This document shows positions 27,753 through 32,000 of a DNA stretch of 32,000 nucleotides, in pieces. The DNA is from Prochlorococcus sp. MIT 0801 (lineage in GTDB: Bacteria; Cyanobacteriota; Cyanobacteriia; PCC-6307; Cyanobiaceae). The notes beneath the pieces were generated by a model, which did not search any database, was not told the DNA's origin, and was given only the letters and a program-made list of their open reading frames with translations. Location of the stretch: positions 1,650,001 through 1,682,000 of the forward strand of contig NZ_CP007754.1 of NCBI RefSeq assembly GCF_000757865.1, written 5' to 3'. Each line of letters starts with the position of its first letter. The stretch's first letter is position 1. The position numbers were made by a program, and so were the translations under genes.

Positions 27753-28034
27753 ATGAACCAACCAATCAGAGAAGCATTGCCAACGCCAACAGGATGGTTA
27801 GTTGCACCGACTAGAGATTTTTGTCTGTTCTTTATTCGTGATCCCAAATCGGTCATGGTTGCACCGACTGTCTTGACTCAACTTTGGTACTGCACAGAGG
27901 AAGGCATTCCAACAAGACTAAAGAACACAAGACGATTGGATTATGAGAGTGCTCATGAAACTTGGAACGAACTACTCTCTAATGATTGGGAATTAGTAGA
28001 ACATCAATTCGGTGCTTGTGTTGATGCTGCTTAA
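27753..28034 (+). CDS. Small conserved-hypothetical-like protein, reminiscent of the marine picocyanobacterial DUF1651 family
   Basis: 93 aa. GWLVAP...RRLDYESAHETWNELLSNDWELVEHQFG resembles my memory of DUF1651 (GWL...RRxL...A...W..L...GW..V). Unverified. Confidence 0.5.
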   Translation: MNQPIREALPTPTGWLVAPTRDFCLFFIRDPKSVMVAPTVLTQLWYCTEEGIPTRLKNTRRLDYESAHETWNELLSNDWELVEHQFGACVDAA

Positions 28035-28048
28035 TCAACCACTGATAT

Positions 28049-28091
28049 CACCCAACACAAGATTGTTTAACACCCAACATTCCACCCAACA
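28049..28091. repeat. CACCCAACA repeat block, right (three units)
   Basis: CACCCAACACAA (28049-28060) plus CACCCAACATTCCACCCAACA (28071-28091). Confidence 0.85.
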
Positions 28092-28104
28092 AAAAACTGA
28101 ACTG

Positions 28105-28224
28105 TATGGCACAGTATGGACACTCATGATTCAATCATTTTCGTAATATCTAGTCACTGACTGGCATTTGAGTCCTTATGAAGCACCCTGAACCAAAATA
28201 AATACGGAGAGGGAGGGATTCGAA
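28105..28224. repeat. Copy C (reference copy) of the repeat: the flank downstream of tRNA-Ser plus the tRNA 3' end
   Basis: See copies A and B. The last about 20 nt (28205-28224) are the acceptor and T-arm 3' part of the intact tRNA. Confidence 0.6.
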
Positions 28225-28293
28225 CCCTCGACAGAAGTTACCTCCTGTAACTCCTTAGCAGGGAGCCGCTTTCAACCACTCAGCCACCTCTCC
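28205..28293 (-). tRNA. tRNA-Ser (anticodon GCU), 89 nt, long variable arm, no encoded CCA
   Basis: The minus strand reads GGAGAGGTGGCTGAGTGGTTGAAAGCGGCTCCCTGCTAAGGAGTTACAGGAGGTAACTTCTGTCGAGGGTTCGAATCCCTCCCTCTCCG. The acceptor is GGAGAGG/CCTCTCC, the anticodon loop is CT-GCT-AA, the T-loop is GGTTCGAATCC, and there is a class II variable stem. Confidence 0.95.
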
Positions 28294-28353
28294 ATAAGAA
28301 GTACCATATCAAGTCAAAGCTCAATAAAATTAAATTGTGATCCTCTAAAGATG

Positions 28354-29553
28354 TTAAGTGATAACTCTAGGAAGTCGATTTCTGAAACTACAAAGGACTT
28401 CCCATGGAATCGAACCAGACAAATCACTCCATTTCTGAGGTGAAATCATGACGTCACCATCAGTTCCAAGGAGAGTTAAAACATGTCCTATTTTGATATC
28501 AGGTTTATCAGTTATGTCAAAAACCATTTGATCCATCGCAATTGCACCAACTTGAGGTATTAATACTCCATCTATTGAAGCTGATATCTTTCCTGAAAGC
28601 ACTCGGCTTACGCCATCTGCATAACCAATTGCAACGACGGCAAGCTTACTTTTTCTTTGAGTTTTAAAAAAATGTCCATACCCCACCCCTATCCCTTTAT
28701 CAACATCCCTAACCAAAGTCACTCTGGCTTTTACTTTTAATGCTGGCTTAAGTTTTAAATCAGAGCCAAACTCATTCACAGGAAAATAACCATAAAGGCT
28801 TAGCCCTACTCGAACCATATCAAAATGCAGACGACTATCTGAGAGTGTGCCTGCAGAATTGGCAAGATGTCGACAAAGTGACTTGTTACGTTTACCCAAA
28901 TCATTCAAAACTTTTTCAAATCGATTTAGCTGCATCTGAGTAAAACTTTTACAATTATTTTTTACTTGATCTGAATCAGCAATTGCCAAATGACTATATA
29001 TACCTTTTAAAGATATGTTTTCTAAATAATCTATTTTAGAGATTAACTCTTCTGCCTCATGACAATGACATCCAAGTCTCGTCATTCCTGTATCCACTTT
29101 TAAGTGAACAATAAATTTTTTATGATTTTTTTCAGCAATATTATTGCAAATAATTGCCTCACGGATTCCACTAATCGTCGGAATAAGAGCCCAACACAAT
29201 GCGGTATAAAATTCTTCTCTATTTATTAAATTTCCAAGAATTAATATCTGACACTTAAAGCCAGCATTTCTTAATTGAATCCCCTCTTCTAAAGTTGCGA
29301 CTCCAAGACTATCTGCACCTCCAATTAAAGCTGCCTTTGCGACAGTCTCAGCACCATGTCCATATCCATCAGCCTTTACAACCGCCATTAGTAAGCAATC
29401 TTCGCCGATAAAGTCTTTCAAAACTCTTGAATTTTTTTCAATAACTTTCGGATCGACCTCAACCCATGCGCGACTTCGAGGATCAGGGTTCGTCACATTT
29501 TTAGTTATCCCACCAACAGTGAAAAATCTTTCTCTTTTATTGATCTTTGACAT
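28354..29553 (-). CDS. alr: Alanine racemase
   Basis: It has the PLP-lysine motif AVVKADGYGHG, and its length and C-terminal beta-domain pattern (GYADG, MDQMVFD) are typical of Alr. Confidence 0.93.
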   Translation of the reverse strand: MSKINKRERFFTVGGITKNVTNPDPRSRAWVEVDPKVIEKNSRVLKDFIGEDCLLMAVVKADGYGHGAETVAKAALIGGADSLGVATLEEGIQLRNAGFKCQILILGNLINREEFYTALCWALIPTISGIREAIICNNIAEKNHKKFIVHLKVDTGMTRLGCHCHEAEELISKIDYLENISLKGIYSHLAIADSDQVKNNCKSFTQMQLNRFEKVLNDLGKRNKSLCRHLANSAGTLSDSRLHFDMVRVGLSLYGYFPVNEFGSDLKLKPALKVKARVTLVRDVDKGIGVGYGHFFKTQRKSKLAVVAIGYADGVSRVLSGKISASIDGVLIPQVGAIAMDQMVFDITDKPDIKIGHVLTLLGTDGDVMISPQKWSDLSGSIPWEVLCSFRNRLPRVIT

Positions 29554-29635
29554 ATTCTGTATGCAATCAATGTAATAAGGAAAACTGCATTAAGTTTGTA
29601 TTACCACTAGCATGCCGCTTAAATAGCTTGCTTGC

Positions 29636-30142
29636 ATGGGCCAAGTTCTTGTTTTGAATGCGTCCTATGAACCATTGAACATCACTTCATGGCGTCGCGC
29701 GACTGTTTTAATGCTTAAGGGTAAGGCTGAAAGTCTTGAAGAGGATGATTCACACAATATTAGGAAAGATGTAAAAGCACCCACAGTAATAAGATTAAGA
29801 CAATTTATTAAAGTTCCATATCGTGATATTCCTCTTTCTAGAAAAAATATATTTCAACGAGATGGTAACTGTTGTCAATACTGTGGTCAGAAAAATAAAA
29901 AACTTTCAATCGACCATGTTTTACCACGCAGTAGAGGAGGAACAGACAATTGGGAGAATGTAATTACTGCTTGTTTACAATGCAATGTGATGAAAGGTAA
30001 TAGAACTCCAGGTGAAGCAAAGATGCCATTAAAAACAAAACCTTATAAACCGTTAAATAACATGAGTCTTGAAACAACAAAACAAATTCATTCTGGTCGC
30101 CATAAAGAATGGAGTAAATATGTAATTGGATGGGTAGCGTAG
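29636..30142 (+). CDS. HNH endonuclease family protein
   Basis: CQYCG...LSIDHVLPRSRGGTDNWENVITACLQCNVMKGNR: an HNH core with two CxxC pairs. Confidence 0.85.
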   Translation: MGQVLVLNASYEPLNITSWRRATVLMLKGKAESLEEDDSHNIRKDVKAPTVIRLRQFIKVPYRDIPLSRKNIFQRDGNCCQYCGQKNKKLSIDHVLPRSRGGTDNWENVITACLQCNVMKGNRTPGEAKMPLKTKPYKPLNNMSLETTKQIHSGRHKEWSKYVIGWVA

Positions 30143-30148
30143 CTTCTT

Positions 30149-31246
30149 TTAATCTTCAGATTGATTACTAAGCTCTTCCATTTGCCTTTTTTGTTCTTCT
30201 GCAATACATGCACCTATGACATCTTCCAATTGACCTGAAAGAACTTGCTCGAGGGGGAAATTAACTCCTAGACGGTGATCAGTTGTTCGATTATCTTTGT
30301 AGTTATATGTCCTAATCTTTTCACTTCTATCACCTGTGCCTACCTGAGACAATCGAGCAGATCTTTCCTTTGCATTAGCCTCTGCTATTTCTAATTCTAA
30401 TAATTTAGCTCTTAAAATCTCCATTGCTCTTTCTCTATTTTGCATTTGAGAACGTTCTTGCGTACAAAAAACTCTTATGCCTGAGGGCTTATGAAATAAA
30501 TCAATAGCTGTTTCTACTTTATTTACATTTTGCCCGCCAGCACCACCTGATCTTGCCGTACTGATTTCTATGTCAGTAGAATCTATTTTCACCTCTACTG
30601 GATCAGCTTCTGGCATTACAGCAACAGTTGCAGTAGAGGTATGAACTCGCCCTTGAGATTCAGTTGAAGGAACTCTTTGAACTCTATGGACACCTGCTTC
30701 AAATTTTAATTGGCTATAAACAGACTCTCCTTTGACTGAGATAATCATTTCACGAAAGCCCCCCATATCAGCTTCTGTTGAGCTTATGGGCTTTACATTC
30801 CATCCAAGTTTTTGACCATATCTCTCATACATTCTTGCTAAATCACCAGCCCATAAACAAGCTTCATTACCTCCTGCTCCAGCTCTTATTTCAAGCATCA
30901 CACTTCTTTCATCTCTTGGATCTTTGGGTAAAAGAGCCACAGTCAACTTTTGAATTAATTCATTTTTTGAGAATTCGAGATTTTGAAGTTCTTCTCTAGC
31001 TAAAAGTTCCATCTCTTTATCATCTCTGCTTTCTTTTACTAATCCTTTAGCTTCTAGACACTCTTTTTCTATTATCTGAAGCTTGAAATAATCATTAACC
31101 AAAGGCTCTAAACGGGATCTTTCTCTAGCAATTGTCTCTAATTGTTTTGGGTCTGATGCAACATCTGGATCAGCTAATTGCAACTCTAAGTTTTGAAAAC
31201 TACTTTTAGCTGTTTCTAATCGTTTAATTAGGGTTGAAGAATCCAT
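30149..31246 (-). CDS. prfA: Peptide chain release factor 1
   Basis: It has the GGQ motif ([15 protein letters not shown]) and the RF1-type PxT tripeptide context [17 protein letters not shown]. Confidence 0.97.
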   Translation of the reverse strand: MDSSTLIKRLETAKSSFQNLELQLADPDVASDPKQLETIARERSRLEPLVNDYFKLQIIEKECLEAKGLVKESRDDKEMELLAREELQNLEFSKNELIQKLTVALLPKDPRDERSVMLEIRAGAGGNEACLWAGDLARMYERYGQKLGWNVKPISSTEADMGGFREMIISVKGESVYSQLKFEAGVHRVQRVPSTESQGRVHTSTATVAVMPEADPVEVKIDSTDIEISTARSGGAGGQNVNKVETAIDLFHKPSGIRVFCTQERSQMQNRERAMEILRAKLLELEIAEANAKERSARLSQVGTGDRSEKIRTYNYKDNRTTDHRLGVNFPLEQVLSGQLEDVIGACIAEEQKRQMEELSNQSED

Positions 31247-31281
31247 TCTTTTTATTCCCTAAATCTTTAGATCAACAGCTA

Positions 31282-31542
31282 TCAACTTTCTTTTTGTTCT
31301 TCTGAAGATTTATCTTTTTGTTCACTTGAGTCAGATGAAGCCATACCATATTTTCTCATAAATCTATCTACTCTTCCTTCCGTATCTAAAATCTTCTGAG
31401 TCCCGGTGAAGAAAGGATGATTTCCACTCCAAACATCAACCTGTATTTCAGGCTGAGTAGAACCTGTTGTCATCACAACTTCTCCATTACAAATTACTTT
31501 TGCTTCTGGATACCAAGTTGGATGTATATCTGATTTAGGCAT
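31282..31542 (-). CDS. rpmE: 50S ribosomal protein L31
   Basis: MPKSDIHPTWYPEAKVICNGE...HPFFTG...GRVDRFMRKYG is canonical L31, with an acidic/Ser-rich C-terminal extension. Confidence 0.93.
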   Translation of the reverse strand: MPKSDIHPTWYPEAKVICNGEVVMTTGSTQPEIQVDVWSGNHPFFTGTQKILDTEGRVDRFMRKYGMASSDSSEQKDKSSEEQKES

Positions 31543-31575
31543 GATAAAAATTTAAAACTTTGATGTGGAGTAAAA

Positions 31576-31983
31576 TTATCTCTTTGAGAATTGAGGAGCT
31601 TTACGAGCTTTTTTGAGACCATATTTACGCCTTTCTTTTGCTCTAGGGTCACGACTAAGGTGGCCCTCTACTTTTAGAGGTTTACGATTATCAAGAGATA
31701 AAGTACATAAAGCTCTAGCAGCTCCTTGCTTAATGGCATCAGACTGACCAGTCAATCCTCCACCATAGACATTAACTAAAACGTCATATGATTCACTCAA
31801 TCCTAGAGTTTTCAAAGGAGCTTTAACAGCAGATATATAAGCAGGATTAAAATTTAAGTAATGGTCACCAGGGCGACCATTGATGGTTATTTCTCCTTTG
31901 CCAGGAGTTAATCTAACTCTGGCTACCGATGTCTTACGCCTACCAGTTCCCCAGTAAACTACTTTGTTTGTAGAACTAGTCAT
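31576..31983 (-). CDS. rpsI: 30S ribosomal protein S9
   Basis: [26 protein letters not shown]...[19 protein letters not shown]...[25 protein letters not shown]. Confidence 0.97.
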   Translation of the reverse strand: MTSSTNKVVYWGTGRRKTSVARVRLTPGKGEITINGRPGDHYLNFNPAYISAVKAPLKTLGLSESYDVLVNVYGGGLTGQSDAIKQGAARALCTLSLDNRKPLKVEGHLSRDPRAKERRKYGLKKARKAPQFSKR

Positions 31984-32000
31984 TTGGTAACAGATTCAGA

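Larger units (their letters stand above)
17336..28204. other. tRNA-Ser-anchored accessory island; probable accretion of degraded integrative elements with no integrase left
   Basis: It is bounded on the right by the 3' end of tRNA-Ser(GCU). Internal degenerate copies of the tRNA 3' end plus flank occur at about 21.7 and 26.7 kb, and a weaker tRNA-3'-like string at 17336-17351. The content is paralogous cargo genes and small orphan ORFs. Confidence 0.55.

Noticed and set aside
27514-27765. 83-aa minus-strand ORF
   Set aside because: Its composition (Cys/Phe/Leu/Pro-rich, no clear start context) is implausible. The DNA is occupied by several strong hairpins and a plus-strand terminator. It also overlaps the start of the plus-strand 27753 ORF. 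I treated it as non-coding or a candidate sRNA.
17336-28204. Calling the island an intact prophage, tycheposon or transposon
   Set aside because: No integrase/recombinase, transposase, primase/helicase, capsid or terminase-like ORF is present in any frame. Only att-like scars and cargo remain, so I describe it as a degraded island rather than annotate a mobile element.
30778-30999. 73-aa plus-strand ORF inside prfA
   Set aside because: It is nested antisense within a canonical RF1 gene.

Overview
AT-rich marine picocyanobacterial chromosome segment. Gene content and order look Prochlorococcus-like; this is judged from memory of the protein families, with no search run. Two conserved core blocks flank an accessory block.

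Core, about 1-15.3 kb: the 3' part of Fd-GOGAT (glsF), a YciI-like gene, lipA, a cbiG-cobJ fusion, psaA-psaB, psaI-psaL, a GT2 glycosyltransferase, an NlpC/P60 peptidase and a beta-lactamase-like serine hydrolase.

Core, 28.2-32 kb: tRNA-Ser(GCU), alr, an HNH endonuclease, prfA, rpmE and rpsI.

Accessory block, about 15.4-28.2 kb:
- Two low-complexity membrane-anchored proteins. One is a 341-aa tail-anchored protein built from about 45 Ala/Lys hexapeptide repeats.
- A plus-strand cluster of four paralogous TPR proteins. They share an N-terminal module and 5' leader but carry different enzymatic heads: GT9, GT41/OGT-like, and two kinds of 2OG-Fe(II) oxygenase (one split off by a single in-frame stop). 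A SAM methyltransferase sits among them.
- A non-coding, small-ORF zone next to tRNA-Ser. It contains degenerate copies of the tRNA 3' end plus its flank, CACCCAACA repeats and a hairpin-rich candidate sRNA.

No integrase, transposase, CRISPR array or recognisable defence system is visible.

The most unusual direct observation is a base-perfect 246-bp direct duplication of the psaB 3' end plus its terminator.

The most system-like novelty is the TPR-adaptor / swappable-enzyme cassette, possibly a protein hydroxylation-glycosylation kit, inside a tRNA-Ser-anchored island. All functional calls rest on motif recognition by eye and need database confirmation.
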